Shown here piece after piece: positions 18,591-33,495 of a stretch of 64,000 nucleotides of DNA. Under the pieces are notes generated by a model. The model had not been told where the DNA came from and did not search any database. It saw only the letters and a program-made list of their open reading frames with translations. A program made the position numbers and the translations under genes. Source of the DNA: the human T2T-CHM13v2.0 reference genome, Homo sapiens; assembly GCF_009914755.1 (NCBI RefSeq), contig NC_060941.1. One strand, written 5' to 3'. How positions within the stretch are numbered: position 1 is the stretch's first letter; each line of letters begins with the position of its first letter.

Positions 18591-20504
18591 CGTTTTGTTA
18601 TCCATGAAAGTTGAAAAATACAGCATATGCTAGGCTTCACCTGGAAATTGCCATTGCACGTTAGCAGACTAAAAGTTCTGAGAAGTGCTATACTGAAGAA
18701 ACCTATTTAACTCAGTGTTAACTGAACTTATTTGGCCTTGGAATTTAAAATCACAAAATACTTATTAGTAACATCATGTGGACCACCAGTATTCCTTGAA
18801 CATGATCTGGAAAACACTCTCCGAGAGAGAACAGAGATAGACCAGAGTGATTGGAAAGCAGGTTTTGTTTCAGACATGTTCAGTATGAAAGGGACATGGT
18901 TGTTCAAAAAAGAAAATAGAAGTTGGGGTGACTGAGGACTTTGGTCTGTCAAAATAACAGAGAAGAAAAAATCCTCCTGCTTTTAGACTGGAGTTTTGAA
19001 CTCTTATTGCACCTCGGCATGTTTTTGTGATCTTATCAAAGAGGAAGTGTCTGGCATTTCTCCTAGTGGGGCTGTGCCCTTTGATGTCGTTTCTCAGAGC
19101 AAATTCAGTTTTGATCAATTCTGTCATGGCCTCACGCCAATCGCTCCATGCTGTAGGTGCTCCAAATACCAATGAATCAGATTCCAGTGATACACTGCTC
19201 TGTGGCCATGCCGCACATGAAACATAGGGGAAAACAGTCATTGCATTTTCTCCAGGAGTCCAAGGCCAACATTTTCCCACATTAAATCACTGCTAGTCTT
19301 GCAAGACCACTTCCTGCAACTAATCCTTTCCAGCTCTTCCTTTGAGTCCACCCCCAGGTCTGGAGTGCCCTGGCCTTTAGATTTCCTTCCAGTCTCGAGG
19401 GCTCTATTAACATGAACGTTTTTGGCTTTAGTGCCTTCTGATTCAACACCCTGGGTCTAGCTGAGAGCTAAAAATACCATCCTTTCCAGCTGATCTGCCC
19501 TAATCACAATAGCACCAACACTTTAAATAGCTTTTCTGTGCTAGCATAGACATTTGACAGATGGAACTAACACTCTGAGGGCTACAGGAAGTCACAGGCT
19601 TAAAGGACTTAACCAACTTAGCACTGAGCTTTACTTTGCTCTTTCATGTCTTTCTAGAGAATAAAGAAAGAGACCCTCTTCCCAAGTCTTAATAATTAAT
19701 CAGATCTTAAGAGAAAAGTGTATGGTGGGAGTGCTTATGATGCCGCTAATTGTGTTAAGTACTAGAAAATGTTAGATCAGAAAGCTGCTAACAGAAGTCT
19801 CTCCTTTCTAGCACCGATCATTTCTGTGGATGTTGGGAGATCTGTATGAATCTGTTTTACATCTTACCATTACAGCTGCATTTGGGGTTAATAGGTATCT
19901 GGGACTACTGTCTTAAGTGCACAAGAAGTAGTTGCATCTCCAGCCATATCTGGAAAGGAATCTTTGTGACGAACAGTTCTACAAACCAGTTTTTTAAATT
20001 AAGTGTTTATAATATTAAGAAAAGCTCAGAGACTTAATGTATCTATTTTCATTAGTTAGGTACTGTAATGAGAGACAAATATTTGTTCCAGCATGGGGGC
20101 TAGGTAAGGGTGAATTCTGTTTCATTGTTTTGTTGCGGCTCTCCCCATCCTTTGGAATATTTCAAAAATGGAAACACTCTTCCAGCTAGCACCTAACTAT
20201 CATTTGGTTGCTTAAATGGTAAAAAGCATTCTTTTCAGCAGTCATAGTGGTTTTGAACTTGCTAATAAATACCACAGCAGGGCCCCAGATGTAAATTCCC
20301 CCATTCCCACTCTCTAATATGAGTACCTGCTTCACCCTTGTTGCTGTCAGAGGATGTGTGACCTTAGCTAAAGTAGAAAGATAAAAGAAGGAAGATCACA
20401 TCGACACCTTCTAAGAGTTGAGGCCCCAGATTCAAAATGCCAAATTTATGGAAGGATACAAATGAACCATAAGAAATCTTATATTGGCTGGGCTCAGTGG
20501 CTCA

Positions 20505-20669
<165 letters not shown>

Positions 20670-21527
20670 TCATATCTTGAACGAAGGGTAACTATATTTG
20701 ACCATCTTTTTTTATTCTATGCTTTGGGATAAATCTCAGTGTCTTATGCCTCAGATGATATCATCAGCACACAGTGAAACAATATTACATTACATTCTCA
20801 TTATCAAACTCTCACAACTATAAGATTCCGTCCTGTTTCCCAGAAGGTCAAAATGTGTTTTAAAAAATTAAAAACTATGATATCTTGTCAAGAATTCTAT
20901 CCCAGTCAGACCAGGAAGCCTCCTTATATCTGGCTTCCCTTGCCATTCATCATACATTTAGCAGAATCTCATCATTCTGCAATCCGTAAATCTTCAAACT
21001 CAAACCTAATAACTAAAATGTATAAAAATCGAATCACACATACTAATGTTATGGAACCCTCTCTCTAGTCTTCTGATAAAAATCACAGTACAATCATTCA
21101 TTAGGAACAGAGTCAGGTTGCTGGCCAGAATGCTTCCAAATGTATTAAAGTTACATCCATTCAACTTGCTTATTCTTCCTGGCTGTTTGGCATGTTTTCT
21201 AATTCTAGAAGAGTGAGAATAAGAGAGAGAGAGACAGAGAGAGTTTCTTAGCCTGTCATCTCTTACATAGGTGGTGAAATAATTGAGAATATTTCATGAT
21301 TATTTCTGTAGGAATCTGGCCCTTGCCACATGTATATGCTAGAATGTATTTGTGCCTATGCAACAAGGTGGGTGTTCAACAAAGGCTCCTACTTTGTGTG
21401 TTTTTGGGTTTCCTGGGAAATGGGCAAGGGCCTAGAAAGTTAGGAATGATTTTTACAACTTAAAGCAAGCCCCTCTGTGTTCAAGACAATCCTGTCAAAA
21501 GGCATTAGCCAAACCCTAGCTGATGAT

Positions 21528-21540
21528 GTTGCCTAGCAAC
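21528..21540. promoter_or_regulatory. RFX X-box motif GTTGCCTAGCAAC
   Basis: Exact match to the GTNRCC(N0-3)RGYAAC consensus; function not shown. Confidence 0.55.
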
Positions 21541-23116
21541 CCACTCAAAGCTGCAAGAGCCCTTCATTGTGGGAAGCAGGGTGGCAACCAGAACTGCCTC
21601 ATCCCCCACAAGGTGATTAAAAGGGCATATTGAGGCCCCTTCTTCCAGCAATATTGCATAGATGTACCCTGAGATACATTTTTTGACTCCTCAAATAGAG
21701 CCATTTCTTAACTACTCTGCTTGGTGTCAGTGAAGACATTGGAAATAAAAGGGGAAAAGCTAAGTAATAACTAAGTGTGGTAAAAATGTCTCATGAAAGG
21801 AGTCTTAGTGCCTCCTCTCCTGAGCTGTCAGTGGTTTGAATGTGCGAGAAAGACATCAGGGTGAGAGCTACCTGCAAAACTAGTTCACGTCTATGTCTAT
21901 GGTATTATGTAAATATTGGCATCTCCAACACCTATCAGAGCAGATATTGATGAAAGGTACCTGTTGTATTGCAGATAACGTGGGAAACACAGTGATGAAA
22001 AACTCCAGGATCCCTTTGTTCAGAGAGCTTACCATTTAGAAGGGTAGAAAGACCATCCATCATGGCAACCTTTTCCCAGAGAGCACAATAGAATATGACA
22101 GATTTTTATGTGGGGAGAATTTAGTTCTTGAAGTAGGCATGAGTAATTTGAATGCTGTCTTCAGAAATGAATATAATAAACAGTCAACAAAGAAGCAGTG
22201 CTTGTCATCTCTATTCTTAAAGTTTCTCTTTCTCTGATACAGCAACATCTCATAAAGAGAGAAATAACCTTTAATTCTGGAACGTTATGTCCTTTTTGAA
22301 ACTGTAGTCATGAGGAAGAGCCAAAACACCAACCCATTCTTACCCTGAGTTGGTGACTATGAAAACTTCTGTCATAGTTTCTGTCATAGCTGGGATCTTA
22401 GGATCTAGCAGCAGTCACCTTTGCACAGCTTCAGTCTTTCTCAAAATCTGTGGTTGAGACAGTTTGTTTCGTTATTATTTTCGAGGCATAGTATTCCCTA
22501 AAGGCTTAAGAAATCATTTCTGCCTGCTTTGAAAAAAAAAAAATCTTAAACATCTAGGTTAATAAATTTGATTTGCAGTTGACTTCTGTAGCTCTGGGCC
22601 CTTCCTGATCCTGGCAGTTGAGGCCCGAATGGCTCACAATGAAGTAGTAGTGACTTGGGAAGTAGCACTATGGATGTGGTCATCAGTCTGTGTGTCCCCA
22701 TTGATCTGGAACCAGCATCCAGAAACAAATACCAACATGACAGTCACTATGGCATACCCACACACTTATTTCTGTCTTTGTCCTCTTCAGAGTCTTCTTT
22801 ACCTGTCTAGCACCTAATTTGAGATTGCCAGCTCCTTAGGCCCACCAATATCATAATCTCCAAAGGTAACTCGCACTAAACCATAGGTGTACCTTATTCT
22901 GTTTTCAGTCCTGGAATGTGATAGGCAGACAAGTCATGAACCTGTTCTTCACTTTTTGCTATTGTGTGGGAGAATGGCTTCTGAAGTGTACACATGTCCA
23001 TGTGACAGTACTTGTCAGGGAACTGAACACACATGGCTCATAAGGATGTGAGAAGAGAGTGTACATTTGTTTGAGATTTTAACTGAAGGTGTTGGATTTT
23101 GAATCTGTATTTCTAG

Positions 23117-23271
23117 ACACTGTTTCCAGCAAGTTGCAAAACAACAATGTTTATACTATTGCCAAGAGGAATGTGGAAGGGCAGGACATGCTGTACCAAT
23201 CCCTGAAGCTCACTAATGGCATTTGGATTTTGGCCGAACTACGTATCCAGCCAGGAAACCCCAATTACACG
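23117..23271 (+). CDS. AP2B1: AP2B1 penultimate exon, DTVSSKLQNNNVYTIAKRNVEGQDMLYQSLKLTNGIWILAELRIQPGNPNYT
   Basis: tttctag acceptor, gtaagg donor at 23272; 155 nt; ends on a codon boundary; contained in ORF 23089..23319. Confidence 0.97.
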
Positions 23272-24235
23272 GTAAGGCCTTTCTCAGAATGGGTGAGATG
23301 GATTAGAGGAGGGAGGTGAGAGCCCTTTCATGTTTACTTAGCACCCTAGAAAGACCTGGAGGAGGTGCTTTAAACCTGAGATATACAAAATAAGTAGTCA
23401 ATGAAGAAGCTTCCATTTGCCTCAATGGAAGACCTCCTCTCTGCAGTGTCTGCCCCATCCAACAGGAATGGTATCTCTGGCAAGTGCCTCAAATCCATCC
23501 CTCCCCCCTGGTGTATACAGAGTTGCTCACAAAACTTGGCAGCTTCATCCTCAATATCAGTTAATACATATCTAGTGTATCTGTGCATGTGGTACTATAA
23601 TAAGCTGCCGAGAGGATTGTTTACATAGTTAATGTCCAGAAGACCTTTCTTGCTGTTGGAGTTCATGACCTAAGGCTATCAGAGTCATTAACACATGAGC
23701 TTTTTTCAGCAACATTGTATGACCTGAAATGCTTGTTATTAAAGGTGAGGCAAAATGGAACACACCTTTGGAAGCGTATAAGGGGACTTTAGTTTGGGAA
23801 ATTTCCTTCAGTATCACACTGAACTAAAGTAAAACTTCTGGCAATAATAAGGCAGAAGCAGTTGCTTTGTTAAACAGCAGATTGATAGCCAAGCACTAGG
23901 CATTTGTTTGCTGTTGTAAAATGCAATTTCCCAATAGGATGTCATCTGCATTTTGAAAAGTAAAGGAAAAACCCTTGGGATGGGAGAAATAACTTATTCC
24001 TCTGTTATGTTTGAGGGTTTTATGGGGATCTATTTATTTCTGAGGAAGCTGAATAGTCAGTAGCTTAAGGGAGCCTTTTAGTCATTTAGCTGAGAAAACT
24101 CTGTGACCCGTTCCTTAATTTTGACAGCTAAGTCTGTTTTCACTAGCATATATCAAGGGAATAGTACCATCCAGAACTGAAAATTCTTGGTGTTTTTCCC
24201 ACTAGTTCCCATCCTTGTAGTAAGTTGGAGTAGCT

Positions 24236-24262
24236 GTGTGTGTGTGTGTGTGTGTGTGTGTG
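24236..24262. repeat. (TG)n microsatellite
   Basis: About 13 TG units. Confidence 0.95.
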
Positions 24263-24949
24263 CTCGCTCCTGAGGCCTATCAAGTTAGACTTTTGCCCAA
24301 GCACTTATGAGCTGAAAAACTTCAGGCTTCCCTCATAAAATGTATGCTCCTCTCCCCAACCCCCCACCAGTCTCATCTCTTTTGGAGAGTAACATACACT
24401 GTCATTTATCTTGAGTTTCCCAAGAAAGGAAAACCCCTCTGTGCTGTTTCTGGAGGGACAAGTTTTACTATAAAACCAAGATAGCACATGCCTGTAATCC
24501 CAGCTACTGGAGAGGCTGAGGCAGGAGGATCACTTGAGCCCATGAGTTCAAGACCAGCCTGGGTAACAGTGAGACCTTGTCTCAATTGGAAGAAAAAAAG
24601 GGTTGGGGGGAGAATAACTCCATTTACTCTCTAGAAATTTGCCAAAAGTTTATATATGGGTGTGTGTGGTTTTTTTTTTTTCCTTTTTTTCTTTTTGCTT
24701 ACTGTCCATTATTTTATTGTATATAGTCTTCCATCTCAGCTAGGTTAAAGGAGCATGATTACTCCCAGGTTGCAGATAAGTAAACCATGGCTAAGAATGA
24801 TTAGTGACTAGTTCAAGATCATGTAATTTGTTGGTAGGTGAATTTTGTTTAGAATTCAGGTGTTTCTTGACACTCTTCTTACACAATATTCTTGATTTTG
24901 AGAAGAGCTTCTTAGTATCACTGTCCTAAACATAGTTTGTTAAAATTTT

Positions 24950-25617
24950 AAAAAGTATTTTATTTTGAAATAAAGACTTAACAAATTTTTTAAATGGAAC
25001 AGTAGAGTTTCTACATCTCTTTTACCCAGTTTTCCCCATTAATAATAACATCTTACACACCCATACTACATTTTCAAAACTAAGAAATAGGTATTAGTAC
25101 AATATAATAAACTAAACTATAGACATTATTCTAATTTCACCAGTTTTTACATTACTTTTGGGGGTGGGGGATTGGTAGTGGATAGTACTATGAACTCTTA
25201 TTACATGTATCAATTTGATAACTGCTGCCAGAGTCCAGACACAGACTTGTTCTGTCACCACAAAAAAAAAAAACTTCCTCTTGCTGTCCCTTTATGGTCA
25301 GACTCTCACCCCAGCCCTAACCCCGGCAGCCTTTCTCCATTACTATAATTGTGTCATTTTTAGAATGTTGTATAAATTACACATGTAACATGTAACCTCT
25401 TAAGATTGTTTTTTGCACACATAATACTCATAACATTCTTCCAAGTTGTTACATGTATCCATAGCTTGTTCTTTTTTATGGCCAAGTAATAGTTCACTGT
25501 GTCCATGTACCACAGTTTCTCCATTCATCCTTTGAAGAATATTTTCTCCTTTATATTTAAACAAAAGTTTGGAAGTAATTGTAAATTCATATGTAGTTGT
25601 GAGAAATTATACAGTGA
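24950..25617 (-). mobile_element. Old L1M (L1MB/MC-type) 3' fragments; Alu monomer at ~25619-25745
   Basis: Resembles an antisense L1M 3' end (ttattttgaaat...tttacccagtttcccc); the monomer is flanked by a gaaat(t)atacagtga duplication. Confidence 0.6.
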
Positions 25618-25767
25618 CCTGGTGTGGTGGCTCATGCCTGTAATGCCAACACTTTGGAAGGCTGTAATGGGAGGATCGCTTGAGGACAGGAGTTCAAGAC
25701 CAGCCTGGTCAACACAGTGGGACCCCATCTTTATTAAAACATATTTTTTTTAAAGAAATACAGTGAG

Positions 25768-26383
25768 CTCTTCCTGTAAGTGACCTGAGATGATCTCTGC
25801 TCAGTTGGCCTAGAAAACCCCCAAAATCATACAAAGCAAGAGATTCAAATCTTCATGTTTACTTTAAGAACACCCGTGGAAGTGCCCAGGCCATCAAAGG
25901 TATGCATATCCAAATAGCCACCAAGTACTTGAAAGATGTCACTTTATAGAAGCAATGTGTGTCATTCCATATTATTATAGTGGAGTTGGTATGTGTACCT
26001 AAGCCAAACAGACGGGCTGGGCACAGGATGACAGGTGGCCCAAAAAGAGTGCTAAATTTGTGCTGTACATGCTTAAAAAGGCAAAGAGTAATGCCGACCC
26101 TAAGGGTTTAGATGCAGATTCTCTGGTCATTGAGCATGTCCAGGTGAACAAAGCCCCAGGATATGTTGCTGTATTTATAGAGCTCAGGTCACATTAACCC
26201 ATACATAAACTCCCCTGCCACATATTGAAATGATCCTTACTGAAAAAGAGTAAATTGTTCCTAAACCAGAAGAGAGGGTTGCAGGGAAGAAAAAGATATC
26301 CCAGAAGAAATTGAAGAAAACAAAAATTTATAACCTGGGAATAAATTCAGCATGGAATAAATGCAAATAAAAGTTAAAAAAAA
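25768..26383 (+). pseudogene. RPL17 (60S ribosomal protein L17/uL22) processed pseudogene inside the last AP2B1 intron
   Basis: Intronless, degenerate match to RPL17 peptides ([63 protein letters not shown]); 5' CTCTTCC TOP-like start; premature stops at 25947, 26000 and 26251; AATAAA at 26356 and 26366; short A tail. Confidence 0.95.
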
Positions 26384-26438
26384 TAGATTCTGTCCTCGTG
26401 GTTTAGCCACATCCACCTTCCTTTGTCCCATATATTTT

Positions 26439-26443
<5 letters not shown>

Positions 26444-26512
<69 letters not shown>
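26444..26512. repeat. (TA)19 microsatellite fused to T31 (tail of an antisense Alu monomer at ~26513-26633)
   Basis: Read directly from the sequence. Confidence 0.95.
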
Positions 26513-26518
<6 letters not shown>

Positions 26519-26809
26519 GAGATAGGGTCTCGCTATGTTGTGCAGGCTATCTCAAACTCCTGGCCTTGAGCGATCCTCCCATCTCGGCCTCCCAAAGTGG
26601 TGGGATTGCAGGCGTGAGCCACTGCACCTGGCCCACCCGCCCCCTGCCCCATATTTTTAAATGGTGAATTTGTTTATACTTCCTTGCCCTCTTTCCTATT
26701 CTTCATCCTGTCTGGTGACTAGGTTCTCTGCCCACAATACCATCTAAATCTCCCATCATAGCACTTGACAAATAGGTCTAATTTGTTCCCCTAAGTGGCA
26801 CCCTTTTAG

Positions 26810-28928
<2,119 letters not shown>

Positions 28929-29537
28929 AAATAAAAGATTAAGCTGTTGATGTGAATTGAGGTTGGGTTATACTAAGTAAGTGTCTTTTCATGTTCTTGT
29001 CTTCCCTCTTAGGGGTGTATACTCTCCTCATTATAATACAGAAAGGACTAATACCTTGGACCTACCTAGTTTATGGTTTTATTTCACTTGATTGTACATC
29101 CTCCTGAAGTTGGGACTGAGATATAGCCATCCTCTTGTCAGACTGAGAAACTGAGGCAGGCAGCTGAAAGGACCATCAACAAGTTAAGGGCTTTGGCCCT
29201 TCCCTTTTCATTTAATAATAATCCCTATAACTCTTAGAAAAGCATTAGAGCAGCTGTTGCTCTGCAGTCAGTGGCTTTGATGTTTTTAGTATGGATTATT
29301 TCCTAATCTTATAGACCCACATGGAATGGAGGTAGAAGCACAGCACAACTTGATATTGATTAAATTGAAATGCTAAAACCCACAGCACTTATTAACATAA
29401 TCTCTTTGTTTAGCTACTCCAGTGATAGAAGTTTCTCTCCCACTGTGTCAAAAGTTTTCTTGAACTGAGTGCTTGGATACCTTTAGAGCTAATGCCAACC
29501 TCTGTGCTAATCTTCCATCTCCTTTTTCTCCTAACAG

Positions 29538-29612
29538 CTGTCACTGAAGTGTAGAGCTCCTGAAGTCTCTCAATACATCTATCAGGTCTACGACAGCATT
29601 TTGAAAAACTAA
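29538..29612 (+). CDS. AP2B1: AP2B1 last coding exon, LSLKCRAPEVSQYIYQVYDSILKN-stop
   Basis: Long pyrimidine tract + ctaacag acceptor; 24 codons then TAA at 29610-29612; matches the beta2-adaptin C-terminus. Confidence 0.97.
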   Translation: MSLKCRAPEVSQYIYQVYDSILKN

Positions 29613-32330
29613 CAAGACTGGTCCAGTACCCTTCAACCATGCTGTGATCGGTGCAAGTCAAGAACTCTTAACTGGAAGAAATTGTATTGCTGCGTAGAAT
29701 CTGAACACACTGAGGCCACCTAGCAAGGTAGTAACTAGTCTAACCTGTGCTAACATTAGGGCACAACCTGTTGGATAGTTTTAGCTTCCTGTGAACATTT
29801 GTAACCACTGCTTCAGTCACCTCCCACTTCTTGCCACCTGCTGCTGCTATCTGTCCTTACTTGTGGGCTTCTCCATGCTGTGCCAATGGCTGGCTTTTTC
29901 TACACCCTCTTTTGAGTGTAGTTTGGTATTTTGTAATTGAGAGCTCATTTCAAAAGCAGAAAAAGACAACAAATATTAAAGCAAGGAAAAGTGTAACTGA
30001 AACACTGCACTTTACTGTTTTATACTTTTGTACATATGAGAAATCAAGGGATTAGTGCAACCAGTAGAAAGCATTGAAATGACTGTCATTAACCACACAG
30101 TCCTGGAGGCAGAGATGCAGTTACCTACCCTAGCTTTTGATGGGTTCTCTTACCTGTAGTAGCCTTATCCCTGGTCATTTGGATTTTCAGTTTGCTTTTT
30201 TCTTTTTTTCCCCTCCAAACTCCTTTTCCTTGGCCAAGCCTTCATGCTTCCCCCTTTCCATATTATAATCTCATTTGATTGCTCTGCAGTTGGGAACGGT
30301 GATCTTCTTGAATGATGTTTCAGTGTGCAAAAACTATAGAGCCTGTCAGCACCAAAGCTGACAGAAGTTATACCTTACTCCTTTCCTTTCCCCTGAACAA
30401 ACCTGCTAATCCCACTAATTCAGGAATTTGAGTAGAGATGGGGAACAAGAACCCAGATGCTGTCCCCTCACCCCCTCTCCTGTATTTCTCAGGTCCAGTT
30501 CAAATCTAAAATTCTACTTTTAGAGTTGAAACAGAGTAATAACTTATCTAACCCTCTTTTCCTACAAAGGAGAAAGATAAAAGGCACAAAGGTTACCGCC
30601 AAGGCCCGTCAGCTGTGTAGTGGCAAAGCCGAGACCGAGTCTCCTAAGTCCCCGTCAGTGTGGTTTTCACCACAGGACTGTCTCTTGTCGTTTTCCCCTA
30701 ATGCCTTCTCCTGCCTTTTCTGTGCCTAGTTTTTGGCTCTTCACATATTCCATATTGATTTTGACGCTCTGTATATTGGCATCAGGTGGCAGCTGAATAT
30801 CTTTTGAATTACTCGAAGGTAAAGCCAGATGCCAGAATGAAGGTGTAGCCAGTGTTTCCCATATGCCCCTGGAGCCCCACTTATTGAGGCCAGCAGAATA
30901 GGTGCAGAGATGAAGTGAGCTTAGAGATGTTGCAAATGCTCTTTATCCCTTCAGCTCTCTGATCTGCTCTTTCTTCATGATACTTAGTCTGCAGGGCATA
31001 TTAAGATCATCCCAGAGGTTCAGGCAGTTCCTGTCATCTCTGAAAAGACTGGGGGATATGAAATCTTCCCCCTACCCCACTTAATGCGTTGGATATGATT
31101 TTTCAAAGAATGCTTCATGCCCAAAATACCAGCCTGTTTAGCAGTGTTACACTGTTTGATCTGCGGGCACTTGTTGCATTGCCTGGCACCCAATATTCAG
31201 GGTCCATGACTAAGACTGGTCTTCTCAGATGCCCTGCTTAAATCAGGGGCACTTCAGGCTCCACAGGCGTCATGTTGGACTGAGACCTAACTCACTGGAC
31301 TCAGAGGAGGAATCGTGGAAAACAAGAGCAAAACTACCCCACACCCCTATTTCATGTCTGAAATAACCCTGTTTCATACCAGTTGCAAAGCTTGTGGGGA
31401 GCGGTCTCACAAAGCACTTTCTTAAACCTTGAGAATCTCCAAGAGAAAAATATTTGGGGAAGGAGGGAGGAAATATGTCCCTTGCACACCACCCCTGAAG
31501 CACATGGCAGTAGGAAACAGCATAGGATTGTATGTGGGAGGTGGATAGGTCGGTGATGTGTGGAGCGGAAAAGCAGGTTGGTAAAGTTCCCTTCTTGGGA
31601 CTTATTCCTGGAGTCAGTGGATACAAGTAGTGCAGAAGGTTCACACTGCAAATAGTGTTCTCATCTCAAAGCAAACTATCATTCCAGAAGGAAAAGTGTG
31701 TCAGGGCAAGCAGACAACACAATTTCCTATCAGAATATGTCCCTCAACCCCCGAAACAAGGCTTCTCTCAGCCTCCCCACCAGTGATGGATAACAGCTCC
31801 TATTCTCAGCTGACCTGACTGAGCCAACCCATGAACTCTTCACTCCTTGGGGAAGCCACCTCCCATCACACCCCTGAGCAGAGTTAGGGAGGAATTCTAC
31901 TTCCCATAAAAGGACCTCTCCTGAGAGGCAAAACCTGTTGCCTCCACCACGGCTTCCCTCTTGGCTCATTCCAAGCTTGGCCAAATTGGGGAAGTGGGAT
32001 GGAGGTTGCCCTGCATCCCCCCTCCTCTGCCTGAGTGTGTCTTTGTAATGTCAGCTGGCATCATACAAAGAGCAGGAGAAGCAAACACCCAGAACTCTTT
32101 TGCTGGTCAGAGATTCCCTGAGTGTCTGTCCTCACCCAAGCCTGCTCTGTGTCTGTGTTGTGAAGCTTGAGACTCTGGAAAGAAATGGGGAGGGGGGGCA
32201 GGGGAAATGTTGCCCTAAGAATGCTTCTCATTCCTCTGTTCTTATTGGGTCCTGTTTTTCGGGAGGGTGGGGGTTGGGGGAAGCTTGACCTTGTGTCTTC
32301 GTCAATAAACTCACATTTACACAAAATGAA
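29613..32330 (+). other. AP2B1: AP2B1 3'UTR (long form)
   Basis: Repeat-poor sequence from the stop codon to AATAAA at 32304-32309; end position approximate. Confidence 0.8.
29975..29980 (+). terminator. Candidate AP2B1 proximal polyadenylation signal (ATTAAA)
   Basis: ATTAAA with TGTA elements upstream and a U-rich tract about 30-50 nt downstream. Confidence 0.5.
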
Positions 32331-32352
32331 GTTTGTGGTATGTATTTTTTTC
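32304..32352 (+). terminator. AP2B1 distal polyadenylation signal with GU/U-rich downstream element
   Basis: AATAAA at 32304-32309 followed by gtttgtggtatgtattttttt. Confidence 0.8.
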
Positions 32353-32935
32353 CCCAGAACTGACATTCTAGGAGAAAACACAGCAGGCCAGAGAGGGACA
32401 GAACATTCATAACCACTCTATTAAAACTTTTCTGACTGCCCCAGCCCTCCCAGGGATTCAGCCACATGAAATTAAGAGTGACTTGAGGAAGAATCATATA
32501 CCTCCTGGGGGCTCCTTTTGACCAAGACCCAAAGCACCACTGCAACTCCAGGCATCTTTGCAGGCAGGGAGTGCTCAGAGGAGTCAATCTGTCTTTTCCT
32601 GGCAGTTCCCCTGCTGGGGCCCCAGGCAAATGGTCCCAGGGGCAGTAGCCGGAGCCACAGGGCCTTTTTCTGACTTGTCAGTTGGCATCCAGCCAGCAGG
32701 GCCCAGGGCGAGAGGAATGCAGCAGAGCTTCTCATCGGTTTATTACCCAGGATGTCTCAATCATCTCTCAACTTACAAAAGTCTCTCAAACCCGGCCTCA
32801 GGGCCTGCATATTCCCAAGCAAATGGAATTAATCCTGCTTTAAAACAAGCTTCCCAGGGAGTTCCAAGACTAGAGGCCTGCATTTGTGTTGTTGGGGGCA
32901 TATGACCCATATGTTGTCAAGACAGGAGGCCCCCC

Positions 32936-32979
32936 GCCAAGCCTAGGTTCTGATAAGCCAAGCCTAGGTTCTGATAAGC
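32936..32979 (+). repeat. Perfect 21-bp tandem duplication (gccaagcctaggttctgataa x2)
   Basis: Read directly from the sequence. Confidence 0.95.
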
Positions 32980-33334
32980 TGACAGCTGCTGAGATCTCCC
33001 ACTGCCTGGAATGGGGGGAAGAGGCTGGAATGAGGGATCTAACACCAAGATGCCCCTGGATAAGTCCCTGAACCTCTCTCACCACTAGAGTGAATGTAGA
33101 TAAAGCACTCTGTAGCATTTGAGACTTAGTAGGTGCTCAGCAACCGTAGCTGCCTTTATTACTTGGATGTCCAAACCCCATGAGCAAACTGCCTTTTGGC
33201 AGCTAGGAACTTTCTGGTTGTCTCCATGTTGCCAGGCTGCAGTTAGCTGTAATAGGAAAAACACTTGGTGAGAGGGGTCAAACCGGGGTTGCCAGTTAAG
33301 AATGACGTTAATTTGGGCAAAGTAAGTCCTGAAG

Positions 33335-33495
33335 GAGAGGTTCTCAACTCTTCGGTGCACATTAATGTCACCTGGAGAGCTTTCAAAAAAGACATGGTTC
33401 AGTTCAATCAGTCTGGGATGGTACCTGGGGGAATCAGCATGTTTTAAAACTCCCAGGTGTTTTCTAACGTGCAGTCAAGGTCAAGAATCACTGCC
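33335..33495. mobile_element. MER5A-like hAT DNA transposon relic
   Basis: ggttctcaact...cacctggagagcttt...gcatgttttaaaactcccaggtg...agaatcactg pattern; a similar relic lies at ~12300-12452. Confidence 0.65.

Noticed and set aside
24236-24262. (TG)n as a TDP-43-repressed cryptic exon marker
   Set aside because: I could not identify a convincing adjacent acceptor/donor pair.
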